Assembly: GCA_029934515.1 (NCBI GenBank) | Contig: JAOZMB010000004.1 | Span: 1 to 60,249, forward strand | Length of the DNA: 60,249 nucleotides | DNA from: Bacteroidales bacterium | GTDB taxonomy: Bacteria > Bacteroidota > Bacteroidia > Bacteroidales > JAADGE01 | Reading direction: 5' to 3' | Shown: positions 51,591 through 60,249 of the stretch, in pieces | How positions within the stretch are numbered: position 1 is the stretch's first letter | Layout: each line of letters starts with the position of its first letter | Program-made: the position numbers and the translations under genes | The notes under the pieces: model-generated | Database searches by the model: none | Told to the model about the DNA's origin: nothing | What the model saw: the letters and a program-made list of their open reading frames with translations, nothing else

Positions 51591-52046
51591 TTATTTTCCA
51601 GCAAAAAAACCTGCAACAAAAGCTACCGGTATTCCAACGGCAAGCAATCTTGTATAAATTGTTTTTCTTTTATTTCTTTTGAGAGTTTTTTTCAAATCTT
51701 TTTCGCATTCTTTCCAGTCTTTTTTGTAATAATCTCGGTCTTTTATCATTATAGAAATAAGACTATCCTTTTCTTTGCTAATATCTTTTAATATAACAAC
51801 TTTTTTTTTCAGTTCTTTATTCTGTAATTCTGATAGCTCTAATTTTTTTGCTTTTACGATAGCGTTTCGAAATTGACTGTTCTTTAATATCCAAAGAGTA
51901 TCATTTACTACGTGCATCATTTTCGGACTATAACTAGAAAATATTTTTAAAGAATCTCCCGAAAGTACAGGTAATGGGAATCGTTGTCCAAAAGAACAAT
52001 AAGTTGCAAAAAGCAGGCTAAAAATTATAATTATTTTTTTTATCAT
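51591..52046 (-). CDS. Hypothetical exported coiled-coil protein with a C-terminal hydrophobic anchor
   Basis: Signal peptide, coiled coil, C-terminal LLAVGIPVAFVAGFF. Confidence 0.7.
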   Translation of the reverse strand: MIKKIIIIFSLLFATYCSFGQRFPLPVLSGDSLKIFSSYSPKMMHVVNDTLWILKNSQFRNAIVKAKKLELSELQNKELKKKVVILKDISKEKDSLISIMIKDRDYYKKDWKECEKDLKKTLKRNKRKTIYTRLLAVGIPVAFVAGFFAGK

Positions 52047-52155
52047 TTTAATAAAATTATATTTTGCTGTGTTTCTATATTATTTGCATACTTTTATATA
52101 AATTATTTCTAACGATAAAATAGTGTCCAAAAAAATAAATTTGGACACCGTTTTT

Positions 52156-52569
52156 TTAACTTCCAAAATAATTTACTGCCTCGTCCTGTAATTCTTCTAC
52201 TGTCATTTCTTTAACTTCCTTATCTACGTTCTTTTTTTTCATTTCTATAATTTCTATACGTTTTTCGGCAAGTTCGAGTTCTTTATTCAAGAGTTCTATT
52301 TTTTTTTGTTTTTCTTCAATAGCTTCGTCTGTTACACTACGATGCACAGCTTCATTTTCTATTCTGACCTCTTGTTTCTTTAATATCTCCATTGCTCTTT
52401 TATCCTTTATCAGTTTTCCTTTAATGAAGGCATAAGGACCTGCAAGCGCTGCGAATATCATTGTAAGCTCTTGCCATTCAAAATTAAGCAAACCTTTTTC
52501 GTATAGAACTCCTATAACTATTAATGCCAGGACGATTATTCCTATTGTAATTAACCAGCGTCTGTTCAT
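52156..52569 (-). CDS. Hypothetical membrane protein (2 TM plus coiled coil)
   Basis: Two N-terminal hydrophobic segments and a long charged coiled coil; starts 6 bp after the amidase stop. Confidence 0.75.
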   Translation of the reverse strand: MNRRWLITIGIIVLALIVIGVLYEKGLLNFEWQELTMIFAALAGPYAFIKGKLIKDKRAMEILKKQEVRIENEAVHRSVTDEAIEEKQKKIELLNKELELAEKRIEIIEMKKKNVDKEVKEMTVEELQDEAVNYFGS

Positions 52570-52575
52570 GATATA

Positions 52576-53394
52576 TTATTTTTCATATTCAATATATTTT
52601 CCGGATACCCAACCTTCAATTTCTGTTGTAACTTTGTACCATCCGTTTGATTCGTCAAGGATTTTTACTTTCGAGCCTATTTTCAAAGGTCTTGCAACTT
52701 TTGCACCTGAATTTTTTGGTGCGCTTCTAATGTTAAGATTATTCACTGCAACTCTACCCAATTCGGGTATTTCTTCTTCGCCTTCTTCTGCTCTATTCGT
52801 TCCGAGTAGTTGTTCACGCATTCTGTCTAATGGAAAAGCTGGACCAGGGTCTGTTTTTCTTTTAGGTGCAATTTCTTCGTGTCCATATATATTTTCTATT
52901 TTATACTCTTCGATAAGAACTCTGCACAGATCAGTTACCGCCTGTATTTGTTCCTCTGTGTATATATGCCAATATTTAGAACGCGTTTGATTTCTGTGTA
53001 CAGCTTCAATAACATCAGACGGATTATAAGCACTTCCAAACCATGAGCGATAAACATTTCCACTTTTTTTAACTGGTCCTGAGTTCACTATTTCTATTCC
53101 AATAGAATATTTATTAAATCCCGACCTTCCTTTATAAGCACTTCTTCCAGCGTGCCATGCAATAACATTAAACGGTATTAATTGCGTTATCGAACCGTCA
53201 CGGTCTACGAGAATATGTGCTGACGCACTAACACGTGGATTTGTTAGAGTATTCAATGAAGCTCTATAAGGTCCTGCTGTGTAATGAACTATAACAGTAT
53301 CTGGCATACCTGCACTAAATTTACCACTATGATTTTTTGACCATACTGCTTTTCTTACATTTTCACCTTTAAGTTTGTGTTCTGAAATTTCCAT
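52576..53394 (-). CDS. N-acetylmuramoyl-L-alanine amidase (Amidase_2) with a C-terminal SH3b domain
   Basis: HYTA, SAH..V..DG, AWHAG, SIGIEI.N, GH.EIAP.RK.DPG; LNIRSAP...GWYKV...GWVS. Confidence 0.92.
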   Translation of the reverse strand: MEISEHKLKGENVRKAVWSKNHSGKFSAGMPDTVIVHYTAGPYRASLNTLTNPRVSASAHILVDRDGSITQLIPFNVIAWHAGRSAYKGRSGFNKYSIGIEIVNSGPVKKSGNVYRSWFGSAYNPSDVIEAVHRNQTRSKYWHIYTEEQIQAVTDLCRVLIEEYKIENIYGHEEIAPKRKTDPGPAFPLDRMREQLLGTNRAEEGEEEIPELGRVAVNNLNIRSAPKNSGAKVARPLKIGSKVKILDESNGWYKVTTEIEGWVSGKYIEYEK

Positions 53395-53434
53395 AAAATA
53401 AGGTTTTTTTTAATTTCTTGTAAATATTTTTTGT

Positions 53435-54241
53435 TTAAAAATCAAGTGCAAATCCAACAATATCAAACATAACAACATGTGGCGGGCCTTCGTATCCGCA
53501 TATTTGTTTTGTAACTATTGTAGCTATTCTGTTTTCAAAAGGGCTTTTCAAATATGTATTCATTGCAACATTTAATATCATATCATCTGAATATTTCTTC
53601 TCAAAAACAGTCTTCATTTTTTTGCTTTTTGATTTTAATTTAAACTCAGCACTTCTAACTATATCAAAACCAAAATCATTTGTTGTTTTTCGGTATTTAA
53701 TACTTTCAACAAGATTGTATGTTTTTCCTTTATCAATAATAGGAAACTGTTTTAATTTAAAATCTTTGTTTTGCACAATTTTATTTTTGACTAATATTTT
53801 TCTAAATTCATCTTTATTTTTGTTCCAGATATCTTTTACAGAGCCTTCATATATTTCGTCTTTTTTTCCTATCTCCCAAGTCCAGATGACTTCATTATTT
53901 TTCATATCTTTAATCTCAAAAGTAAAAAAATAATATCCTGTTGCTTCATCAACTGGCTCATATATATATGCAAATTTACCGTCTTCAGACCAGCCTATCG
54001 GGAAAAAAATATCTAAAATAAAATCATTACTATTTTGCAAATAAGATGTTTCCTTAGGAATAGAATAAACTATCTCCGAGAACTTTTGATTATTATCTGA
54101 GCTGTCAATTATTTCAGTTATATCTGTGTCATTTGTTGTGTTATTTTCATTGTCATCGTCATTACATGAGGTTAAACTTATTGCTATTATAAAAAAAACA
54201 ATAATAAAAACAAATAATAATTTGGTAGTGTTTTTTAACAT
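53435..54241 (-). CDS. Hypothetical lipoprotein
   Basis: Lipobox LTSC followed by an acidic stretch (NDDDNE); PIGWS.DGKFAY motif. Confidence 0.75.
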   Translation of the reverse strand: MLKNTTKLLFVFIIVFFIIAISLTSCNDDDNENNTTNDTDITEIIDSSDNNQKFSEIVYSIPKETSYLQNSNDFILDIFFPIGWSEDGKFAYIYEPVDEATGYYFFTFEIKDMKNNEVIWTWEIGKKDEIYEGSVKDIWNKNKDEFRKILVKNKIVQNKDFKLKQFPIIDKGKTYNLVESIKYRKTTNDFGFDIVRSAEFKLKSKSKKMKTVFEKKYSDDMILNVAMNTYLKSPFENRIATIVTKQICGYEGPPHVVMFDIVGFALDF

Positions 54242-54352
54242 GTTGGTAAAAATTTAATAGAAATTTATAAAAAATAATAACAAAGATAAAAAAATATTAT
54301 TAAATTAATGAATTTATTTGTTCGAATCTCAAACCTGAAAGGTTGTTTTACG

Positions 54353-54898
54353 TTAATCTTTTTTGTTTTGAAATTCTTGGTACTGGAAACCTGGCGAATG
54401 TAACATATCAAAGTCATTAAGATATTTTAATAGTGGCGATTTTTTTTCCAATACGTCATAAGCAACAGATTTCATATCTATTACTTTGTAGTTCATTTCT
54501 TTAAGATAATCTTCAATATTGTAATAAATTTTTTCGTAATATTTATTTATCATAGCTTTTTTCACAAAATGTTTCATTACATTTCCGAATGTTGAAAAAA
54601 TAATCAATCCAAGTGAAACAAATGCAATAATTTCAGTAAAAATATCTCCTGCAAATAATGTGTGTATATATCTGCTAAATATAGTTAGTGCGAGTAGTGA
54701 TATTAACAAAAAACTTGATGTTGTAATTATTGATTTTTTTTTTGCTTTTTTAATTACTTGCTCTATGCTTTTTATGTAATTACTCAGATTTTTATAATCG
54801 CTTTTCGACAAATTACTTCTCTGTTGCAGTCGTGCATTACATGATTTACATCTTTTTCTTTTGTTATCATTTTCTGCATTGCAAAATTTGCATTTCAT
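54353..54898 (-). CDS. Zinc-ribbon membrane protein
   Basis: MKCKFC.AEN.....CKSC plus two TM helices. Confidence 0.7.
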   Translation of the reverse strand: MKCKFCNAENDNKRKRCKSCNARLQQRSNLSKSDYKNLSNYIKSIEQVIKKAKKKSIITTSSFLLISLLALTIFSRYIHTLFAGDIFTEIIAFVSLGLIIFSTFGNVMKHFVKKAMINKYYEKIYYNIEDYLKEMNYKVIDMKSVAYDVLEKKSPLLKYLNDFDMLHSPGFQYQEFQNKKD

Positions 54899-54902
54899 AA
54901 TT

Positions 54903-55460
54903 TTATTTTTTTTTCAAAATATATTTATATCTCTTTTCGAATTTACCTTTTGAGATATTTATTAACTTTCTTTTTAAAAATTTTCTTCTCACAGGAGCTA
55001 CACGGTCTGTGAACATAATTCCGTCTATATGGTCATATTCGTGTTGCACTATTACTGCAATTATTCCTTCAAGTTTTTCTTTTTGCGGATTAAAATTTTC
55101 ATCAAGATATTCAACAGTTATTTTGGCACTTCTTTTTACATCTTCGGATATATCTGGAATACTCAAACAGCCTTCATTTACAGTTATCAATTCATCGCTT
55201 AGTTCTGTTATTTGAGCATTTATAAAAATTCTTTCGAAATTTGCAGAATCTGGATAATCTTTTTCAAGTAACAAGGTATTGACAATAAACAAACTAATTG
55301 AATGTCCCACCTGTGGTGCGGCGAGTCCGATTCCATCGGCTCTTAGCATTGTCTTTTTCATATCTTTAATCAACTTTTTCAAATAGTCGTTCTTTCTATC
55401 AACATTTTTTGCTTTCTTACGTAAAACAGGCGAACCTATTATATGAACAGGTAAAATCAT
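54903..55460 (-). CDS. def: Peptide deformylase
   Basis: GIGLAAPQ, EGCLS, QHEYDH. Confidence 0.98.
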   Translation of the reverse strand: MILPVHIIGSPVLRKKAKNVDRKNDYLKKLIKDMKKTMLRADGIGLAAPQVGHSISLFIVNTLLLEKDYPDSANFERIFINAQITELSDELITVNEGCLSIPDISEDVKRSAKITVEYLDENFNPQKEKLEGIIAVIVQHEYDHIDGIMFTDRVAPVRRKFLKRKLINISKGKFEKRYKYILKKK

Positions 55461-55472
55461 TATTTTTTTATT

Positions 55473-55895
55473 TTATTTTTGCAATTTTAAATATTCTAAA
55501 TAAGATTGCAAAATAATTGTTGCACTTATTTTATCAACAAGTGCTTTATTTTGTCTTGCTTTTTTTCGTAACCCACCAGCAATCATTGCTTTAACAGCAA
55601 GTTTTGAAGTAAATCTTTCATCAAAAATATCAATTTTAATCTCCGAATATTTTTTTACAAGCTTCTTAATAAACGGATTTATATAAATTAATGCTTCACT
55701 TGCCTTGTTTCTTAAATTCACGGGATAGCCGACTACGATTTTTTCTACATCTTCTTTTAACAAATAATTGTCTAAAAATGTAAATATATCTTTTGAATGC
55801 ACTGTTGTCAGTCCGTTTGCGATTATTTGTAGTGGGTCTGTAACGGCAATTCCTACTCGTTTCCTTCCATAGTCAATTGATAAAATTCGAGACAT
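55473..55895 (-). CDS. ruvX: YqgF/RuvX pre-16S rRNA nuclease
   Basis: IDYGRKRVGIA, VVGYP, DERFTS, DKISA..ILQSYL; start placed at ATG 55895. Confidence 0.95.
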   Translation of the reverse strand: MSRILSIDYGRKRVGIAVTDPLQIIANGLTTVHSKDIFTFLDNYLLKEDVEKIVVGYPVNLRNKASEALIYINPFIKKLVKKYSEIKIDIFDERFTSKLAVKAMIAGGLRKKARQNKALVDKISATIILQSYLEYLKLQK

Positions 55896-55929
55896 AAAAT
55901 TAAAATAAATTATTAAATTTTCACTTTTA

Positions 55930-56964
55930 TTATTCAATATTTTTCTTCTTTTGAGAATTTAATTTTTTAAAATATAACAAACCACAGGCTGCATTAATAT
56001 CCATTCCTCTTGATTTTCTTATCGTTGTCAGCACTCCTTTACTGTTTAGTTTTGTTTTAAAAATTTCTATATTTTTATAATTTGTTCCTTTTAAATTAGT
56101 TCCTTTGATTTGGTGAAAAGGTATTAGATTTAATCTACATTTTATTCCGTGTAATAGTCTTGTTAGTTCGTTTATATGTTTTTGTGTGTCGTTAAAATCC
56201 TGAAACATAATATATTCAAAAGATATTCTCCTCTGTCCCGAAAAATCAATTTTTCTTATAATTCTCATTAATTCTCGCAGTTGGTTTGTCTTCTGAGCAG
56301 GCATAATTTTGCTTCGTTCATCTTCAAAAGGCGTGTGTAAACTTAGCGCAAGATTACAATTACTTTCGTTTAAGAATCGTTTCAATCCATCAATAATTCC
56401 TATTGTTGAAACAGTAATACGTCTCGGACTAATCGCAAAACCATAATCAGAAGTTAAAATTTCAATACTTTTTAACAACTCATCGATATTATCAAGTGGC
56501 TCGCCCATACCCATAAATACAATGTTTGTAAGTTTGTCCTTTTCGGGTAGTGATTTTATCTGATTAAGAATTTCGCAGGCTGAAAGATTACCGTTAAAAC
56601 CCATTTGTCCAGTCATACAAAAGCTACATGCAAATTTACATCCTGCCTGCGATGACACACATAAAGTTGCCCTTTTGTTGTCTGGAATGTATGCAGATTC
56701 AATATATTTTTCATTCTCTGTTTTGAAGAGATATTTTTTTGTTTCATCTGCTGATTCTTGAACATTTACATATTTTGATATTCCATATTCATAATTATTT
56801 TTTAGAATATTTCTCATTTTCTTCGACAAATTTGTCATCTCGTCAAACTCTTTAATATCTTTTTTGTAGAGCCAATCAGATATTTGTTTTGCTGTATATC
56901 TTGGAAATTTTAATTCTTTTACAATTTGTTGAAGTTCCGATAATGTTTTTCCGAATAAGTTCAT
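55930..56964 (-). CDS. rlmN: 23S rRNA A2503 methyltransferase RlmN
   Basis: CVSSQAGC...C.FC.TG, FMGMGEP, GMDI.AACG. Confidence 0.96.
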   Translation of the reverse strand: MNLFGKTLSELQQIVKELKFPRYTAKQISDWLYKKDIKEFDEMTNLSKKMRNILKNNYEYGISKYVNVQESADETKKYLFKTENEKYIESAYIPDNKRATLCVSSQAGCKFACSFCMTGQMGFNGNLSACEILNQIKSLPEKDKLTNIVFMGMGEPLDNIDELLKSIEILTSDYGFAISPRRITVSTIGIIDGLKRFLNESNCNLALSLHTPFEDERSKIMPAQKTNQLRELMRIIRKIDFSGQRRISFEYIMFQDFNDTQKHINELTRLLHGIKCRLNLIPFHQIKGTNLKGTNYKNIEIFKTKLNSKGVLTTIRKSRGMDINAACGLLYFKKLNSQKKKNIE

Positions 56965-57006
56965 TTTTAAATTTTTAAAGTTATGATTTTAAGATTAATA
57001 TTGAAT

Positions 57007-59094
57007 TTAGAATTTAAATTTCATTCCAAAGATAAGAATATCATCAGTTTGGTTATTTTTACCTTTCCATTTCATAAAAATATTATTAAGTTTATTTTCT
57101 TGTTCTTCAATAGGCAAATTATTAATATTAATTAATAATTCTTTAAATTTTCTTGAGCTGAATTTTTTATTTTCTTGTTCACCGAATTGGTCTTGAAATC
57201 CGTCCGAAAATATATAAATTAAATCATTATTTTGTAATTTAATAATATTGTTCTTAAATTTTCTTTCTTTTGGATAAAAACCTATTGGATTACGTGTTGC
57301 TTTGTATTCTATTAATTCATTGTTTCGTATAATTACAAGCGGATTGTAAGCTCCTGCATATTGCAAAATATTTGTTTCCGTATCAATGCTACACAATGCA
57401 ATATCAAGTCCGTTATTATTATTAGACCCGAATTCTTTAAATGTATTTTTGAAGCGTTCACGTAAGATATCCAGTGCTTTTCCGTTGTTATCTATTTTTT
57501 TATTTTTTACAATTTCATGTAAATATGTTATTCCAAGCATTGTAAGAAATCCTCCTGATATTCCATGCCCTGTGCAATCTGCAACTGCAAAAGTTATGTC
57601 TTTACCAATTTTGTTAACATAATAAAAATCTCCGCTTATTCTGTCTTTTGGTTTGTTAAATATAAAATAATCATTTAAATAATTATCAATTAATTTTTTG
57701 CTTATTAAAAGTGCCTGTTGTATTGTTTTTGCATAATTAATACTATTTGTTATGTCTTTATGTGCTTTCTTAATAATTTCATTACTTTGTTTTAATTTTT
57801 TTTCGTATAAAAATCGTTCTGTTATATCACGAACAATTCCTATTATACCGATTACATTTCCGTTATCATCAGTATATATTATTTTTGAAGTCGATGTATA
57901 ATATTCAATATTATTCAGGTTTGTATGTTTTTCAGTAATATCATATTTAGATTTTTTTGAGTTTATAATTTCTTTATCAATATCTTCATAAATTTTAGCA
58001 ATTTCTTGGTTCAGGAAATCACTGTCTCGTTTTCCAATGATTGTTTTTTCTTTATCTGCAAATAATTTTCTAAAAGACTTATTTGCAAGTATATACTCTA
58101 ATTTTGTATTTTTGAAAAAAATATGTGCTGGTAAATTATTCAACAATATTTCCAACTGTTTATTATTATTACTGATTATATTTTTTTGTATTATAATATC
58201 TTCATTTAATGTTCTCAGTTCTTCATTGTTTTGCTGTAATTCTTCTTTTGTTATTTGCAGTTCTTCATATTGTTGTTTTATTTTAAATTCATTTTCTTTT
58301 ATTTCAATATTTCTTTGGTCTATTTCCAAACTGTTTGCAAAAAGTTTTTGATTTAAGATATTTTGTTTTTTTGTTTTTTCTTTTAATTCTTTGATATTTT
58401 TATTAATTCTTTTTTTCATTATAAAAAAAGAAAAAAAAGTAAAAAATAAAGTTAAAACGATTGCAATTAATGTTATAAATATTAAATTAAAAGATTTTTC
58501 ATTAAATTTTTCAGTTGTTTCTTGTGTTCGTTTATTCAGCATTAAAATAAAATCATCAATAGGTTTCATTATTGTTTTTTTATCATCGTGATATTTTTTG
58601 TCGAACATTATTCTGCAAGCCATTTCTGCATCTGGTTTTCTGGATATTGTAAATTTTTTAACACTATCTGCAAAAATTCCTTTCATTGCATTAAAGGCTA
58701 TTTTTTCTGTCCAGACCAAACTATTTGAATTATCTTCTGCTTCTTTCAATTTATCAAATTCTATTTTCGTAAAACCGAGATTTTTCATAGTATCACGTAA
58801 TGAAATAGTATGTCCGTCTGGTCTTGGTTTTTTACCGTTTCTGATATCAATAACTTCCCAATATTTATTTTCCCAGATAGTATCTCCAGTAGAAACATAA
58901 GATCGACAGTATCGAGTAAGGTCGTCCGATGTTTTTCTTAATTCTTCTGCTATTATATACGATTTTTGTTGTGTTCGATTACTTTTTTGTAGTTCGAATT
59001 GATTTCGAATAATTAAAGTAATGAACACAACAAATATAATCAAAGCAATTATTATTACTGTAAACAATGTTCCTGAGAATGTGTTTAATTTCAT
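57007..59094 (-). CDS. Membrane sensor PP2C/SpoIIE phosphatase with a PAS domain (SiaA-like)
   Basis: 2 TM with periplasmic domain, coiled coil, PAS (...RDITER), SGDFY, ADCTGHG, FSDG..DQFG, QTDD. Confidence 0.9.
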   Translation of the reverse strand: MKLNTFSGTLFTVIIIALIIFVVFITLIIRNQFELQKSNRTQQKSYIIAEELRKTSDDLTRYCRSYVSTGDTIWENKYWEVIDIRNGKKPRPDGHTISLRDTMKNLGFTKIEFDKLKEAEDNSNSLVWTEKIAFNAMKGIFADSVKKFTISRKPDAEMACRIMFDKKYHDDKKTIMKPIDDFILMLNKRTQETTEKFNEKSFNLIFITLIAIVLTLFFTFFSFFIMKKRINKNIKELKEKTKKQNILNQKLFANSLEIDQRNIEIKENEFKIKQQYEELQITKEELQQNNEELRTLNEDIIIQKNIISNNNKQLEILLNNLPAHIFFKNTKLEYILANKSFRKLFADKEKTIIGKRDSDFLNQEIAKIYEDIDKEIINSKKSKYDITEKHTNLNNIEYYTSTSKIIYTDDNGNVIGIIGIVRDITERFLYEKKLKQSNEIIKKAHKDITNSINYAKTIQQALLISKKLIDNYLNDYFIFNKPKDRISGDFYYVNKIGKDITFAVADCTGHGISGGFLTMLGITYLHEIVKNKKIDNNGKALDILRERFKNTFKEFGSNNNNGLDIALCSIDTETNILQYAGAYNPLVIIRNNELIEYKATRNPIGFYPKERKFKNNIIKLQNNDLIYIFSDGFQDQFGEQENKKFSSRKFKELLININNLPIEEQENKLNNIFMKWKGKNNQTDDILIFGMKFKF

Positions 59095-59097
59095 TTA

Positions 59098-59517
59098 TTA
59101 TACAATATTTACATTTTTATTTTTAAATTCAGCAACATATTTTTTATCAGAACCTTGTATATGTGTCAAAAGCCATTCACGTAAAAAATTCATTATATCG
59201 TAAGTAATTGTTACACTTCCATTATTAAACTCTCTGTAAAAAGATGTTACTTTTACAATAAAATCATTATGTTGTTCTTTGTGTAATTTTGTATCCGAGT
59301 AATTGTATTTATCAAAATATTTTTCTTCCATCTTAAAATGATAATCTGTATATTTTATCATTTCTTTTAAAATATCTTCAACTATTTCATCCGCTTTCCC
59401 TTCTGTAAATGAGGCATATAAATTATTTATCATCCCTACGAGTTCTTTATGTTGGTTATCTATTACATCATAATCGACAGAATATTTATCTGTCCAATTG
59501 ATTAAAACTTTTGTCAT
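59098..59517 (-). CDS. Bacteriohemerythrin
   Basis: Full ligand pattern: IDNQH, HF..EE, HKEQH, WL..HI...D. Confidence 0.93.
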   Translation of the reverse strand: MTKVLINWTDKYSVDYDVIDNQHKELVGMINNLYASFTEGKADEIVEDILKEMIKYTDYHFKMEEKYFDKYNYSDTKLHKEQHNDFIVKVTSFYREFNNGSVTITYDIMNFLREWLLTHIQGSDKKYVAEFKNKNVNIV

Positions 59518-59697
59518 TTTTAGTATTTATTTGTGTTTAAATTTTATTACTAATGCAAATCAACAGTTAAAAAAATAACTGAAATATAAAAAAATTGTGA
59601 TTTTTGTCAATAAAGTCTTAACGAACAACAGCCTTTTCTGGTTGTTGTATCAGCGAAAATTTTACCAAATTTAAAATAATACTTTTATCAATAATAT

Positions 59698-59798
59698 TGG
59701 CTCATACGCATCGTTTTTAGAGCCATTAAAATTCAATATTTTGAAAATATTAATTCCTTGATTTTCAGCACTTAAATATTTTGATGCGTCTACCCATA
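59698..59798. mobile_element. Miniature element with ISAs1-like ends (copy 3, degenerate left end)
   Basis: ACGCATC ... TTTTGATGCGTCTACCCATA; about 35 bp shared in opposite orientation with copy 2. Confidence 0.45.
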
Positions 59799-60185
59799 AT
59801 ATTAGTTAAAAAATCTGTTGTGTTTTTAATATTATATATTATTTTTGCAACTATTATTACTGTAAATAATTTTCATGAGAATATGTTTAATTTTATTTAT
59901 TTTATATAAATATTAAGTTGTTCAGTATAATTTTTTTAGACAATGCAAATGTAATTTATAATATTAATAATTACAAAAAAATTTTTTTTTTATCAATAAT
60001 ATATTTATTATTTTTGTATTAAATTTTATGAGCCTTATGTTTAAAGCCAATTACCAACATGATTTATTTACGTTTGAGACGAACTTGTATAAATAAAAAC
60101 ACAAATATATCTGAAAATATTTAATTTATAAGAACTTGAAAAGTTTTGGTTTTTTATACAGAACTTTTTAATAATTTAATAAAAA

Positions 60186-60249
60186 ATGAAAAAGATAAAA
60201 AAAATGCCTTACGGCGAGAGTGACTTCAAAAAAATTCAGAATGGTAATT
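60186..60249 (+). CDS. Partial (5' end) AAA-ATPase-like / PD-(D/E)xK family protein
   Basis: MKKIKKMPYGESDFKKIQNGN resembles the K.LP.G..DF..I N-terminus of this Bacteroidota-expanded family; runs off the window. Confidence 0.6.
   Translation, partial: MKKIKKMPYGESDFKKIQNGN

Noticed and set aside
357-59203. Numerous short ORFs antisense to or out of frame within real genes (e.g. 1960-2403, 4065-4445, 9279-9833, 52568-52990)
   Set aside because: They are shadows of well-supported genes or tRNAs and have no recognisable motifs.
59608-59627. CAATAAAGTCTTAA..GAACAA resembling a Tn7 TnsB-binding site
   Set aside because: Single site with no terminal TGT end structure, no repeated sites and no tns genes; plausible by chance in AT-rich DNA.

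Overview
Very AT-rich chromosomal segment from a Bacteroidota bacterium, probably Bacteroidales-like. This is supported by the tuf-tRNA-Trp-secE-nusG-rplKAJL-rpoBC-DUF3467 order, DUF2795, T9SS cargo and plug proteins, TonB receptors and TAnnTTTG promoters. Bases 1-13.4 kb are core translation and transcription genes with three tRNAs. The rest mixes housekeeping genes (valS, kdsC, gmd/fcl, gdhA, def, ruvX, rlmN, mscS, ogt, ygiQ) with accessory islets: a TPP-riboswitch-controlled TonB receptor, a NotI-family restriction-modification pair, two decayed toxin-antitoxin modules, an orphan lysis-like amidase cassette and a hemerythrin-PP2C signalling pair. Two loci stand out. (1) 34.96-37.90 kb is a tandem array of three mosaic PD-(D/E)xK-fold paralogs with near-constant ends; one slot between ~68-bp direct repeats holds a vapBC module instead of a paralog. 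(2) 39.5-42.2 kb is a stand-alone caspase gene convergent with a STAND-like AAA ATPase. It is preceded by three ATGTAAA-N6-TTTACAT boxes inside two long perfect palindromes and followed by a 106-bp tandem repeat carrying an antisense sigma-54-type promoter motif. Dispersed miniature elements with ISAs1-like ends are also present. All family calls are by eye from motifs; no database searches were run.
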